Below are positions 47,884 to 57,726 of a DNA stretch of 64,000 nucleotides, piece by piece. The notes under the pieces are model-generated. The model saw only the letters and a list, made by a program, of their open reading frames with translations, had not been told where the DNA came from and made no database searches. The position numbers and the translations under genes are program-made. The stretch's first letter is position 1. Each line of letters opens with the position of its first letter. This DNA is from a virus, in IMG/VR virus record IMGVR_UViG_3300005918_000012. One strand, given 5' to 3'.

Positions 47884-48351
47884 TTGATAATGGAAATGAA
47901 GGCTGAAATTAGGGGTGTTCTTTTACATGTAGTTTTACCTGTTTGTGTTGGTGCCTGTATTTATATTTTGTTCCGTAAAGAAAACTTAATTGTTTTTTCT
48001 TGGATTCGTGAGGTTTCACTTTTAGAGACTACCCTGATACTACGAAACTTGGTAGCTGGATGGAAAGAACAGATCCCATCACTTGTTCTATATTCCTTAC
48101 CTGATGGGATATGGGTTTATTCAGCTACTTATTTAATGTTGGTAATATGGAAAAATAATTGGAAACGTATTACTGCTTTATTTTGGATACTGACCCCAGT
48201 AGTTCTAGGTATAGGGTCTGAGTTATTACAATCAGTTAAAATCATTAATGGCTTTTTTTGCTATTATGATATGGTGTTTTACATGATCGGATTTATTTTA
48301 CCCTTAATAATGTTTAGGAGAAATTATGAAAACCAAGAAATTATTGTTTAA
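47884..48351 (+). CDS. multi-pass membrane protein
   Basis: four hydrophobic segments; SLPDGIW and SELLQ. Confidence 0.7.
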   Translation: MIMEMKAEIRGVLLHVVLPVCVGACIYILFRKENLIVFSWIREVSLLETTLILRNLVAGWKEQIPSLVLYSLPDGIWVYSATYLMLVIWKNNWKRITALFWILTPVVLGIGSELLQSVKIINGFFCYYDMVFYMIGFILPLIMFRRNYENQEIIV

Positions 48352-48706
48352 ACAGATGATGTCATTTATAGGTATTGCATCATTTATCTTTTTAGCTTTT
48401 GGTAGCAGTAATGAACCACATGACCCGAATGCTTGGAAAACACGGGATAATAAATGTGGGGCATATCACATGATGGAAGATTTTGTTGAGGGACGTTTAA
48501 AATCTCCTAGCACAGCAGAATTCCCAGGTATATTTGATGGAAAATTAGACCATGTAACTTCATTAGGAAATCATACCTATAGGATTGTTTCATATGTTGA
48601 TGCTCAGAATGGGTTTGGGGCTCAAATACGAACAAGGTTCGTTGGTGAAATAGAACAAATAGGTGATTACCAATGGAGACTCATTTCCCTTAACCTTTTA
48701 GAATGA
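48326..48706 (+). CDS. exported protein (LKSPSTAEF...YVDAQNGFGA family)
   Basis: N-terminal hydrophobic segment; AGGAG SD. Confidence 0.7.
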   Translation: MKTKKLLFKQMMSFIGIASFIFLAFGSSNEPHDPNAWKTRDNKCGAYHMMEDFVEGRLKSPSTAEFPGIFDGKLDHVTSLGNHTYRIVSYVDAQNGFGAQIRTRFVGEIEQIGDYQWRLISLNLLE

Positions 48707-48745
48707 CAACTATTCAGTGAAAGGTAAAATAAAAATATTTCCAGC

Positions 48746-48775
48746 TTGACAAATGCTGAAATACTGTTATATACT
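48746..48775 (+). promoter_or_regulatory. sigma70-type promoter
   Basis: TTGACA-N18-TATACT ahead of the endonuclease pair. Confidence 0.6.
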
Positions 48776-48809
48776 GATGCTGGTAGAGGTATTTTATGAA
48801 AGGTATATA

Positions 48810-49394
48810 ATGATGAAACGTATAGATGTAAATGATATTATAGGCCGACGATCAGGCATCTTAACTGTTATTGCTTTTCTTCGTAAGGAGCCTTACAATA
48901 AAAAAAGAGGTAATTATATTTACCGTTGTCAATGTGATTGCGGGAATATTACAGAGGCTAAAAGGGTGTCTTTACTGACAGCCCATATAAAATCGTGTGG
49001 TTGTTTAAAACCTGAGAACCGTCTACGTCAACAACACCCTTCCTGGAAAGGTCATGGGGATATTAGCAGCACTATGTGGAAATATTTTACCAACCTTGCT
49101 AAAATACGAAAATTGTGTTTTGAAATTACAATAGAACAAGCATGGGAGTTATTTGAGGAACAGAAAAGTTTATGTGCTTTAAGTGGTGTTCCTATATCTT
49201 TTTCTTCGGATACAAGTAGCATATCTCCTAACACTACTGCATCTCTTGATAGAATAGATAGCAGTAAAGGGTATACCTTGGATAATATTCAGTGGTTACA
49301 TAAAAAAATCAATTGGATGAAACAAAGATACACCCAAAAAGAATTCATTGACTGGTGTTGTGCAGTTTCGGCTTGTAAAGGAGCCCCACAATGA
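48810..49394 (+). CDS. HNH/His-Me-type homing endonuclease-like protein
   Basis: CQCDCG, SCGC, CALSG, SLDRIDSSKGYTLDNIQWLHKKIN. Confidence 0.8.
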   Translation: MMKRIDVNDIIGRRSGILTVIAFLRKEPYNKKRGNYIYRCQCDCGNITEAKRVSLLTAHIKSCGCLKPENRLRQQHPSWKGHGDISSTMWKYFTNLAKIRKLCFEITIEQAWELFEEQKSLCALSGVPISFSSDTSSISPNTTASLDRIDSSKGYTLDNIQWLHKKINWMKQRYTQKEFIDWCCAVSACKGAPQ

Positions 49395-49960
49395 AAGCCT
49401 TTAAACGTAAAACCTTCGAAGATATTATAGGAACTAGGATAGGATTTGTCACAGTTATTAGTCTTCAGGGACAAGATGCTCAGAAACGTCCTGATTACAA
49501 TTGTGTTTGTTCTTGTGGGAAAGCAATCATTAGGAATAGATACACCTTACTCCACCAAGATAGTTCTTTCTCTTGTGGGTGTCAACGTAGTCAAAGAAAC
49601 AGTACTCAATGGACAGGCTATGGTGAAATTAGCGGGTCTTTTTGGCATATTCTTAAAAATAGGGCAAAAAAACGTAATTTAGTATTTGATGTTACAATAA
49701 AGCAAATTTGGGATTTATTTCAGAGACAAGATAGAAAATGTGCTTTATCAGGGGTGCCTCTTATTTTTGCTCCTCGTGATAGACAAAAAACAAAACGAAC
49801 TGCTTCATTAGACCGTATTGATAGTTTAAAAGGGTATACGCTAAATAATATTCAGTGGGTACATAAACACATCAATAAAATTAAGGGTTCTTTGATGGAT
49901 ATTGAATTTCAAGAATGGTGTTCTTTAGTGGCTAAATATAAGGAGGAGGGCTTATGTTAG
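49391..49960 (+). CDS. HNH/His-Me-type homing endonuclease-like protein (tandem paralog)
   Basis: CVCSCG, SCGC, CALSG, SLDRIDSLKGYTLNNIQWVHKHIN. Confidence 0.8.
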   Translation: MKAFKRKTFEDIIGTRIGFVTVISLQGQDAQKRPDYNCVCSCGKAIIRNRYTLLHQDSSFSCGCQRSQRNSTQWTGYGEISGSFWHILKNRAKKRNLVFDVTIKQIWDLFQRQDRKCALSGVPLIFAPRDRQKTKRTASLDRIDSLKGYTLNNIQWVHKHINKIKGSLMDIEFQEWCSLVAKYKEEGLC

Positions 49961-50883
49961 TAGAAGCTGGTATCGGAGATGCTGTTGGAGCAGCCTTTGA
50001 GGGTGTCCCTGTGGAGACCATCCCACCTTTGAATGATTTAACTTATCGAAAACATCCAAAATGGAATCTCGGTAATGGTCGTTTTACTGACGATTGTCAG
50101 ATGATGACTGCCGTAGCAGAGACTTTATTGTCTGGGGAATTGACAACTGCCAATTTAGCTGACCATTTTGTTAAAGCCTATAAACGAGACCCCCGTCCTG
50201 GATATATGCCAGGATTTAGAAAAGTTTTAGAGAATTGTACAAATGGCCATGATTTCCTTGACATTATCGTTCCATTCAGTAAACGGTCGGGTGGAGCTAT
50301 GAGGGCAGCCCCGTGTGGCCTCATATCTAATCGACATGAAGCTATTGATATGGCAATGTTTCAGGCCTCCCTGACCCACGCCACACGGCAGGGGATGGAT
50401 GCAGCTGCTGCATCGGCTTTGTTGGTTTGGTTATGTCTGGACGGCTGCCCACAAGATAAATTAGGAGCTACAATCAGGGGAGAAATACCTGGTTATCCTT
50501 GGGATGAAGTCTGGAAATGGAGAGTTAAGGTAGACGGTATCCCTGTGGTTCGTGCTGCTATTATGGCTGTGAGCCACTTCGACAACCTTCAAAAAATACT
50601 TCGGCTTTGTATAGCTTTCTCCGGTGACACAGACACGGTTGCTGCTGTGGCTATGGCTGCTGCTTCAATGCATCCTGCTATCTCTCAAAACCTTCCTGAT
50701 AATCTGTATGAAGGGTTGGAAAATGGTGAGTATGGACGTGATTATCTTGAGGAATTAGACTGGAAACTTTTGAACCATTATGGGGTAGACCACCCACACG
50801 GGTTAACTCCCCCCGAAGGTTTAGAGATAGATACCACGATTGTAAAAGAAGATAAGGGAGTTTTGGGATTATTTGAGGAATAG
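49954..50883 (+). CDS. ADP-ribosylglycohydrolase (DraG/ARH family)
   Basis: GDAVG, FTDD, GGAMR, LTH, GDTDT. Confidence 0.9.
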   Translation: MLVEAGIGDAVGAAFEGVPVETIPPLNDLTYRKHPKWNLGNGRFTDDCQMMTAVAETLLSGELTTANLADHFVKAYKRDPRPGYMPGFRKVLENCTNGHDFLDIIVPFSKRSGGAMRAAPCGLISNRHEAIDMAMFQASLTHATRQGMDAAAASALLVWLCLDGCPQDKLGATIRGEIPGYPWDEVWKWRVKVDGIPVVRAAIMAVSHFDNLQKILRLCIAFSGDTDTVAAVAMAAASMHPAISQNLPDNLYEGLENGEYGRDYLEELDWKLLNHYGVDHPHGLTPPEGLEIDTTIVKEDKGVLGLFEE

Positions 50884-50888
50884 GTATA

Positions 50889-51149
50889 ATGGTAAAATGT
50901 AAAAGATGTGGGTATGAATTTCACGAAGATGTTGAAATATTAAGAAAAAATAACCAACTTAAAATCTATAAAGATTTTGAAGATGGTTCTATAGAGTTAC
51001 ATCATTGTGGAAAATGCCATCCTGTAACAGAAAAGGAAAAAAAACTAGGTGTTGAAGGTCTGGTGAAAAAATTATTTAGGTTAGACCAAGGAGAAAAAAA
51101 TGGTCAGGTCGAAGTAACATTTACAGATGCTAAAGATCTACCTAATTAA
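50889..51149 (+). CDS. small zinc-finger protein
   Basis: CKRC...CGKC. Confidence 0.6.
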   Translation: MVKCKRCGYEFHEDVEILRKNNQLKIYKDFEDGSIELHHCGKCHPVTEKEKKLGVEGLVKKLFRLDQGEKNGQVEVTFTDAKDLPN

Positions 51150-51231
51150 AAATCTGTTTTAGAGGGGAAATTCAGTAAAGTTTCTATTGTACCTCCTTAA
51201 TAGGAACATGATAAACTACTGGAGATGTATT

Positions 51232-52176
51232 ATGCCAAATTTTGTAAAAAGCCCCGAAGACAAACGGCTCTGGAAAAAAGCTACTATGATTGCTGATAAG
51301 AATGGACACCAAGAAGACTGGTCTTACATATCAGGAGTCTTTCAGAAAATGAAAGGTGGTAAAGTGGCTGCTATTGTTAGTGACCTCAATACCGTTCAAG
51401 GTTTGGTTGGGAAAACAGTTGCCAGTGTGGATATTGCTGACTTCGATGGTGTTGCTGATGTGACCATGAGTGACGGTTCGATGGTGTTTATTCATACTCC
51501 ACCCCCGGGAGCTAAAGTGATTCAAGCCAGTATGATTAATGATGCTTACACGGTTCTGGATTTAAAAGGCCATCAAGTAACTGCTGTAGAGGCTACTGAT
51601 TGGGACCCTCATATTGTTAATCTCATGTTTGACAATGGTTCTGTTGTTGCTCTGCATACAGATGGAGACGCAAAATTGGCAGAAGAAAAGATCCCAGGTG
51701 GCAAAGCTAAAGACAAGAAACCCGAAGATTTCGACCCTGATGCTCTGGCAAAAGGTCAGAAGGTTGAGATGGAGCATACAGATGATCCGAACATGGCTTT
51801 AGAAATTACTATGGACCATTTGATGGAATCCGATAAATATTACGATGAACTAGAGAAAATGGAAAACAAGCTTGAGAAACAATCTCGGGACTTGGCTGAC
51901 AGATTCATTCGAGAAGGTATGGTTGGAGACCCTGAGAAACGCTTGGCTCAACGATATTTATCCAAGAAAGCTGCCACTATCCAAACAGACACTTCCTCTG
52001 TTTATGTATTGGCTGGAGAACATTTAGAGAAAATTATTGCAGACGGAGAATTGTCCTCAGCCCTGATTGAAAAGGACTACAACCGAGCGGATAAAGTTAT
52101 TCTGGATGCTGGTGGACTTGTATTCCACACAGGTTCTGATGGCTCTTATGATGTTGATGTAAGCCCTGCCAAATAA
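51232..52176 (+). CDS. DUF5661-like domain protein, probably virion-associated
   Basis: GQKVEMEHT...ALEITMDHL.E...YY.EL; class C motif upstream. Confidence 0.65.
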   Translation: MPNFVKSPEDKRLWKKATMIADKNGHQEDWSYISGVFQKMKGGKVAAIVSDLNTVQGLVGKTVASVDIADFDGVADVTMSDGSMVFIHTPPPGAKVIQASMINDAYTVLDLKGHQVTAVEATDWDPHIVNLMFDNGSVVALHTDGDAKLAEEKIPGGKAKDKKPEDFDPDALAKGQKVEMEHTDDPNMALEITMDHLMESDKYYDELEKMENKLEKQSRDLADRFIREGMVGDPEKRLAQRYLSKKAATIQTDTSSVYVLAGEHLEKIIADGELSSALIEKDYNRADKVILDAGGLVFHTGSDGSYDVDVSPAK

Positions 52177-52229
52177 TCCTAATTTTTTGGGGTAATACTA
52201 CTTGAATATAAACAAGGAGGTATTATCCC

Positions 52230-52988
52230 ATGACAGAAGTAAAAAATTTACATTTAGCAAACATCCTTACCGAAGTAGGTAACTCTGGAAACGGCACAAT
52301 TGTGTGCATAACAGTCCGGAAAAAAGGTGTTGTTCGAGGCAAGGCTGGAAACAAGCAAACCTATGGAAATGATTTGGTTAAAGCTTTGGTCTGGACAGGT
52401 TTCAATCACGAAGCTTTGATGGAACGAAGTTCTGAAAAATTCAATGAGCTTTGGGAGACATCAGATTCCTTCATTAAGAATCTGACCAAAACAGTCCAAG
52501 ACGCTGGATTTCCTAATATTACCGTCAAGGAAGTTGCAGAGGCAGCTTCTGAGGTTCAGCAATCATTATCCAAACCAATTCTGGAGGAAGATTTCAGGGA
52601 CATCACCCCTGAGATGCCGAAAGAAGAAATTTGGGGTCCTCTGATAGTTGATGGGGAGAAAGTTCGTGGAGCTAAGATTTACACTGGCAAAGCTAACCCT
52701 GAGAACCACCGTGCTCCGATTCCGGGCACGATTTACATCAGCGGTGTTAAGCTGGGTGAAGTCGTGATCGAAGCTGCCCAGCAATGGGAAACCAAGAAAA
52801 AAGCCAAGACGGTTGCCAAGGATATCATCCGAAAACGATTACCCATTGGCTTGTATGTCAATTACTGCCTTGGTGTAGGTAATTACTTAGGCTTAACCGT
52901 TGGTCAAGCTGCTAGTGCTGATGCAAAAGCAGCCGGTATGGAAATCAACTCCGAACTTGTTAGATCACTCTTCAAGATTGGTGCCTAA
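52230..52988 (+). CDS. hypothetical protein, paralog of 53875..54675
   Basis: shared TYG.D.V...TGF..E.L.ERS and GTIY..G.K...KTVAK...LP. Confidence 0.75.
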   Translation: MTEVKNLHLANILTEVGNSGNGTIVCITVRKKGVVRGKAGNKQTYGNDLVKALVWTGFNHEALMERSSEKFNELWETSDSFIKNLTKTVQDAGFPNITVKEVAEAASEVQQSLSKPILEEDFRDITPEMPKEEIWGPLIVDGEKVRGAKIYTGKANPENHRAPIPGTIYISGVKLGEVVIEAAQQWETKKKAKTVAKDIIRKRLPIGLYVNYCLGVGNYLGLTVGQAASADAKAAGMEINSELVRSLFKIGA

Positions 52989-53735
52989 TTGATCTCGTAA
53001 GTTAGCCATAAATGCTTCCCGATCAGATTCATGATCGGGGGCACAGGCTTTTAACCACTCGAAATCTTCTTCACATAACTTGATAGCTTCATCATGGCTA
53101 TAGGCAACGTCCATTTCTATACAATTTTGACCATCTATTCTGAAAAGAATATGTTTGTCTTCCAGTGGGAAAATGGTGTGGGTAAAGACTTTAGTTAAAC
53201 CACCAACCCCTTTTTGGTAAGAACCTGAAACTAAACATACCGGTGTAGATTTTTGGGGTATTCCATCTTTTGTTATGTTAAAATCAGCCCGTTGTTGTTC
53301 CATCTTTGCAGGTAGGACACCTTCTAACATGTCTTTAAGACGGCTTGGGGGAAGTTTGTCTCTTAGGATTTTTGTAATCCTTTCAATTTCTCCATTTATG
53401 TCTTTGACTTCCCTGATCTTTTTCTTCTCTTTCCCTGATTCGATGATCTGTTCAAGAAAAGCTCGTTTGTTCCAGATAGCTTAAAGCATAATCTTGAACA
53501 TATAAGGCCAAAAAATAATAGTTTTTAGGTATGTGAAGAGGTTGGAAGGGTCATCATTAGAGGGTAATTCTTTATTAAGGTACTCTCTATATCCTGACCG
53601 CAAAGCCATATTAGTTGCCTCAATCAATATGAGAAAGACAATAAATGCCAACCCTATTAGCATGTAATAAGGGATTCCTGTTATTACTACCCATTTTAAA
53701 AATTGCGTAAGTACTCTCATTTCTGAAATGTCCAT
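52965..53735 (-). pseudogene. membrane protein gene interrupted by in-frame TAA at 53481-53483
   Basis: track ORFs 53481..53735 and 52965..53330 share a frame; the 50 codons between are open (AIWNKRAFLEQIIES...). Confidence 0.65.
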
Positions 53736-53756
53736 AGTGTTCTCCTTTTTCTACTA

Positions 53757-53786
53757 CAACAACCCACAACTTTTGAAAACTAAGCT
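53757..53786 (-). promoter_or_regulatory. class A phage promoter-like motif
   Basis: minus strand AGCTTAGTTT-tcaaaagtt-GTGGGTTGTTG upstream of 53735. Confidence 0.75.
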
Positions 53787-53799
53787 GATTATTACTTTT

Positions 53800-53829
53800 G
53801 GCTTAGTTTCTCTTTTTTGTGGGTTGTTG
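53800..53829 (+). promoter_or_regulatory. class A phage promoter-like motif
   Basis: GGCTTAGTTT-ctctttttt-GTGGGTTGTTG upstream of 53875. Confidence 0.75.
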
Positions 53830-53874
53830 AAGTGTAGAAGATGAAACACTGACAATTTTTTAAGGAGAACGACA

Positions 53875-54675
53875 ATGACACAAAGAACAAATGCAAATAG
53901 CCCACTCTTAGGAATGCTTTTAAACAGCTCTCGTAAGGGAACCTTCTCAGGTCTTATCACTCAAAAGGTTGGTAAAACAGTCGGCCCCAAGGGTTCTAAA
54001 GTGACCTACGGTGACGATGTAGTCCATACTGTAATGATTACAGGCTTTAGCTACGAACGTCTGGTAGAACGCAGCCTGAAGGCTCTGGACGCTATGACCG
54101 TAGCTGACCTCACTGCCGAAGCTACCAAACGTGGCCTTCAAGGTTATATTGGTAAAGGCAAAAACAAAGTTTTGACCCCCATCCTTGCTGCCAACATTGG
54201 TGAGGCTATGATGGAGTTGAAAGATTCTTTCAATCGTACTCTCGATGACACTCAGGAATCAGAATCAACCACAGCCCACGTTTACGAACCTCTGGTTATG
54301 GATGGTGAAGTGGTTGTCGGTGCTCGTGTTTACCGATGTGTAGCCGATACAGGCCGTAAATGCAAATGCCGAGCCTGTACTGATGATGCTAAAGCCCCGT
54401 TGGATGGCACAATTTACTTGCAAGGCTTGAAAATCTGGTCGAAAATCCTGACCCCTGCCCCTAACGGTAAAGCCCCAGCAGTCAAATCAGCCCCTAAAAC
54501 AGTGGCTAAGAATATGATTCGTGGCCTGTTGCCTGTCAGCAGATATGTGAGTTACCGTCTTGAACCCTTAACAGACTTCATGCTTCGTGCTGGCGGAACT
54601 GCCGAAATCGAAGCCACTGAGCAAGGTTTTCTCGTAACTGACGAAATCGTGGATGTCATCAATAAGGTGGCATAA
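53875..54675 (+). CDS. hypothetical protein, paralog of 52230..52988, with added Cys cluster
   Basis: AAGGAG SD; shared motifs; CKCRAC insertion. Confidence 0.78.
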   Translation: MTQRTNANSPLLGMLLNSSRKGTFSGLITQKVGKTVGPKGSKVTYGDDVVHTVMITGFSYERLVERSLKALDAMTVADLTAEATKRGLQGYIGKGKNKVLTPILAANIGEAMMELKDSFNRTLDDTQESESTTAHVYEPLVMDGEVVVGARVYRCVADTGRKCKCRACTDDAKAPLDGTIYLQGLKIWSKILTPAPNGKAPAVKSAPKTVAKNMIRGLLPVSRYVSYRLEPLTDFMLRAGGTAEIEATEQGFLVTDEIVDVINKVA

Positions 54676-55333
54676 TGTCAGATGATTGGACAAAAAACAG
54701 ACGAAAACTCATTATCCTGACAGGTGGTATTGCTAGTGGTAAAAGCAGTGTCGGTCAGGATTTGAAGGAGTTTGGAGCTTATAAAGTCATCGATGCAGAT
54801 GAGATTGCTAAGTTTTTAATCACTCATTCGGGTGGTGCTCTTTTAATCAGGGAAGAATTCGGAGATAAATACTTTAACCAGCAGGGAAACCTGATTCGGC
54901 CAAAGTTCCGACGGATGATTTTCAGGATACGGGTGCTAAACAGAGGCTAGAGAGAATTATGATGCCTCTTATTTCTTATAAGACTCTGGGACTATGGAGG
55001 ACTTACCGACGACATACTCCAGAGAATGTCATTGTCGTTGAGGCTGCTTTGTTTACAGACCCTACGTTACTTACTCGACACCCTTGCCTTCAGGAAATCC
55101 ATGACAGAGCTTGGGGAGTCATTACTGTAACAGCCGACCCAGCCACTAGGCTACAGAGAGTAATGGCTAGGGATGGGGTAACTAAAGATGAGGCTAAACA
55201 CGCCCTATTTTGCCAACGGATGGGTGCAACTTATCCGGCGGATACGAAAACTTGGTCTATTAATACGGACGTGTCTCGTGAAAACACACGAGAGCAAGTG
55301 CTTTCGGTATGGAACCAAATACAAAAAGGATAA
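54675..55333 (+). pseudogene. coaE: dephospho-CoA kinase, frameshifted at T4 run 54919-54922
   Basis: LTGGIASGKS, IDAD; one extra T gives MIFQDTGAKQRLERIMMPLI, joining 54959..55333 (VVEAAL, RVMARDG). Confidence 0.8.
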
Positions 55334-55336
55334 ACC

Positions 55337-56398
55337 ATGAAGGTAGCAATATTTATAGATGGCCAAAACTTTCACCGCCAATGGCTTGATCAAGCCGATG
55401 GCTATCCGTTTGATTGGTCTTGGTTAATGAAATGGGTGATGAAGAAGGTTGGTGGAGACGAGCTCTTTGGAGTTCATTATTACTCAGGAGACCTTCCGGG
55501 GTCTGGGATTCATACATTTATGGATAAATTAGAGAGAACCCAAGGATTCTTTGTCCGCCGGTTCCCTCTCAAGAAAATGAAAGCCCACTGCCCTCTGTGT
55601 GACAAGAACTATGAGTATGCACGGGAGAAAGAGGTAGATACAACTATAGTAGCCGATATTGTACGGATGGCTGCAATGGATGTGTTTGACGTGGCTGTAT
55701 TGATGTCCGGTGATGGGGATTTAGCTCCTGCATTGGAAACAGCTCGGTTATTTGGAAAAAAAACATGGGCAGCCACTTGGACAGGAGGATTGTCTCATCG
55801 AATCAAGGAGGCAGCTTTCGGTTGTATTGATTTGATGGATGCCATTGATATTGTTCAAAAAGAACGACAGGATGAACTGGATGCCGAAAAAGAAGATCAG
55901 ATCAATCTCAAAACAGCGGAAGATATTATAAAAACTGAACTGGAATCCTTGAAAAATGAAGCACTGGCAAAGGCAAAATCGAAACTGGCTTCCTTGAAAG
56001 AAGATCACTTGGAACCTGTTAAGATTATTTCCAAGCCTGAGCAAGAAAAGGAACAAGTTGCATTGAGTTTCACGATGGATGAACTGTACTTCATGGAAGG
56101 ATTAATCATGGCAGCTGTCAGATTACCTTTTGTTGGAGTAGGGTATTTTCTAGGTCAGTGGGATATGGGTGCAGATATACTTGAAACCCGAGAAGAACGA
56201 CAGAATATTCTGGATGCTTTGATAAATAGAGGGGTGTTAGAATTAAGAAATTCCCCTCCTGAAGGCGGGCAGCATATTACATTTAAAAATAAACCTGCCA
56301 ACATTGACAGGATGATTCAAGAAAAGTTGGCAGGTAGAACCCCGATAGGAACCTTTGCAGATGCTATGCATGATGTAGTTCCTATTAAGAAAGGATAA
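55337..56398 (+). CDS. NYN (LabA/PIN-fold) domain protein
   Basis: IFIDGQN, EKEVD, SGDGDL. Confidence 0.88.
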   Translation: MKVAIFIDGQNFHRQWLDQADGYPFDWSWLMKWVMKKVGGDELFGVHYYSGDLPGSGIHTFMDKLERTQGFFVRRFPLKKMKAHCPLCDKNYEYAREKEVDTTIVADIVRMAAMDVFDVAVLMSGDGDLAPALETARLFGKKTWAATWTGGLSHRIKEAAFGCIDLMDAIDIVQKERQDELDAEKEDQINLKTAEDIIKTELESLKNEALAKAKSKLASLKEDHLEPVKIISKPEQEKEQVALSFTMDELYFMEGLIMAAVRLPFVGVGYFLGQWDMGADILETREERQNILDALINRGVLELRNSPPEGGQHITFKNKPANIDRMIQEKLAGRTPIGTFADAMHDVVPIKKG

Positions 56399-56402
56399 AA
56401 TT

Positions 56403-56669
56403 ATGCCTCCAGAGAATGAAGACCTTTATAATACCATCCGAGATAATAAATGGAAAGTCGGTGATGTCCTTTGGGATCAGAACCCTGGTTTTCAGGTAGG
56501 TGACACGTTCACGGCTGGTGGGACTATTACCTTAAAGGTGGTGGATACCCGAACCCGAGCTACGAATTTGAAAAAAATGCCTCATTCGAAATGTTATTTT
56601 GAGCAGGATGGTATAATTAACGTCAATGAGTTTGAATTTCAAATCATTGATATGTTTGGTAGTAAGTAA
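56403..56669 (+). CDS. hypothetical protein
   Basis: AAGGATAAAATTATG initiation block, identical to that of the next gene. Confidence 0.6.
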   Translation: MPPENEDLYNTIRDNKWKVGDVLWDQNPGFQVGDTFTAGGTITLKVVDTRTRATNLKKMPHSKCYFEQDGIINVNEFEFQIIDMFGSK

Positions 56670-56680
56670 AGGATAAAATT

Positions 56681-57649
56681 ATGCAAGATCATCAAACATG
56701 GTTCGATGTTAAAGCTCGAACCATTTTTAAAGTTATTGGTGGGAGTCATGCTTACGGTATGGCCACCTCAGAGTCCGATATTGACTACAGAGGGATTGCT
56801 ATTCCTCCTAAAAATATCGTGTTCGGATTTGCCTCAGAGTTCGACCAGGCTGAATCAAAGCCTGACCCGAATTACCCTGAGAAAGAAGACTCTGTTATTT
56901 ATAATATCAGAAAGTTCTTCAAGTTGGCTGTTGCCAATAATCCGAACATTCTTGAGTTTTTGTGGATGCCAGAAGACTGTATCATTCTGACAACTCCGTG
57001 GATGGAAAAAATTATTGAGCATCGGGATAAGTTCCTTTGCACGAGAGTTAAACATGCTTATTCAGGATATGCTATGGCTCAACTTAAGCGGATAAAATCA
57101 CATCGGGGTTGGTTACTTAACCCTGTAAAAACCCAACCGAAAAGATCAGATTTTGGGTTACCTGATAATCAAGACTTAACAGAATTAAAAAAATCTATTG
57201 AAATGATAAATAAATCAGGTCTTGATGCTATGCAGTTGTTTGGGGAACAAATCCAGAAAGAGGCATCCTACAAACAGGCTTTGAAGAACTGGAGATCTTA
57301 TCAGAATTGGAAAAAGTTTAGGAACCCAAAACGTGCTGAGCTCGAAGCAAAACACGGGTATGACACCAAACATGCTGCTCATTTGATTCGTCTGATGAGA
57401 CAGGGTTATGAAATGATGACCACCGGTGAAGTACATGTCCGTCGTCCTGATGCGGAAGAGCTACTGGCTATCCGTAATAAAGGTATCTGGTCTTATGATA
57501 AATTGATTGAATTTGCTGAGGCAATGGATACTAAGTTGGATACTTATTATAAGTCTGGGGAGTGCAAACTTCCGAAGACTCCGGACATCAATTTTTTAAA
57601 TGATTTGTGTACGGCTACAGTAGAGGGTTATTTGGCTCAACACGGATAA
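56681..57649 (+). CDS. Pol-beta-superfamily nucleotidyltransferase (YcgL/RlaP-like)
   Basis: GSHAYG...SDIDYRG, NPNILE, YDTKHAAHLIRL. Confidence 0.88.
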   Translation: MQDHQTWFDVKARTIFKVIGGSHAYGMATSESDIDYRGIAIPPKNIVFGFASEFDQAESKPDPNYPEKEDSVIYNIRKFFKLAVANNPNILEFLWMPEDCIILTTPWMEKIIEHRDKFLCTRVKHAYSGYAMAQLKRIKSHRGWLLNPVKTQPKRSDFGLPDNQDLTELKKSIEMINKSGLDAMQLFGEQIQKEASYKQALKNWRSYQNWKKFRNPKRAELEAKHGYDTKHAAHLIRLMRQGYEMMTTGEVHVRRPDAEELLAIRNKGIWSYDKLIEFAEAMDTKLDTYYKSGECKLPKTPDINFLNDLCTATVEGYLAQHG

Positions 57650-57726
57650 ATTCTCGTTAAACTATCAATAGTCTCCTTTAGGTGTAACAAAGATTTGATT
57701 TTTTGTGCCCTTGAAGGAGATTTTTT

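Noticed and set aside
54948-54958. Amber readthrough joining the two coaE pieces
   Set aside because: The pieces are in different frames and readthrough hits TGA four codons later; a frameshift upstream explains the split.
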